NCBI GenBank assembly: GCA_946185555.1
Contig: CAMHKB010000001.1
Location: 7,290 to 71,289 of the forward strand
Length of the DNA stretch: 64,000 bases
Direction: 5' to 3'
Source of the DNA: an uncultured Clostridia bacterium
GTDB lineage: Bacteria; Bacillota; Clostridia; Oscillospirales; Acutalibacteraceae
Shown: positions 63,773 to 64,000 of the stretch, piece after piece
Numbering within the stretch: position 1 is the stretch's first letter
How the letters are laid out: each line of letters opens with the position of its first letter
Translations under genes and position numbers: made by a program
The notes under the pieces: generated by a model
Seen by the model: the letters and a program-made list of their open reading frames with translations, nothing else
What the model was told of the DNA's origin: nothing
The model's database searches: none

Positions 63773-64000
63773 GGGATTTATCTCCGGACTTCTGTAGGTT
63801 ATTTCACTGCTGCTGACGCTCTTGGGCGGCTCCCACGGTTCAATACTGATACCGTCGCCTCCCGGCAGTCCGTTTGCAGTTCTGTTAGTTTCATTATCAT
63901 CCGTCTTCTGTTCATTCGTTTGCAGTTCGTAGGAAGCTTTATGCTGTTGAACCCTCGGCGGCTCTGTGCGCTTCGGTGCTTCATGCGAAAGCTCCTGCGG

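Overview
The gene content points to a chromosomal segment of a low-GC, spore-forming Clostridia-type Firmicute. It carries spoIID, a gerA-type germinant receptor, yaaT/ricT, a trimeric HydABC [FeFe] hydrogenase and V-type ATPase genes. I can support about 50 protein-coding genes, mostly on the minus strand. I saw no rRNA, tRNA or CRISPR array. The gene blocks, left to right, are listed here.
- A CobW-like gene fragment, yhgE/pip and three small unknown ORFs, then metA.
- A dgt-dnaG-rpoD block that ends in rpoD, a sigma-like gene and a second rpoD.
- yigZ, rpmE, a cell-wall amidase and a polysaccharide deacetylase.
- A hicAB toxin-antitoxin cassette.
- rlmI-like, hemW and a NUDIX hydrolase gene, then holB-yaaT-hflX-ynbB on the plus strand.
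- An AgrC-like kinase with a LytTR regulator, next to a 1608-aa Big_2 / triple-tyrosine-repeat surface protein.
- Citrate synthase, spoIID, queC, a queD-queE fusion, coaX and apbE.
- The gerA operon, DUF421/DUF4363, glgB, an SCP2-domain gene and hydCBA.
- An IS66-like gene, V-ATPase A-B-D, a 1300-aa c-di-GMP signalling protein, rpe and a P-type-ATPase-like gene.

The observations most worth a second look are listed here.
1. Two intact tandem rpoD paralogues enclose a sigma-derived gene that appears to have lost its DNA-reading residues.
2. V-ATPase A/B/D genes have no stalk or membrane subunit genes nearby and sit 22 nt behind the large c-di-GMP signalling gene.
3. Two full-length ORFs look like pseudo-enzymes: the IS66-like protein and the P-type-ATPase-like protein.
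4. gerAB and a half-length gerAC lie in one reading frame.
5. A dense, modular family of intergenic repeats and hairpins brackets hicAB and apbE and overlaps three stop codons.

All functional calls rest on reading the translated ORFs and motifs by eye. No database search was possible.
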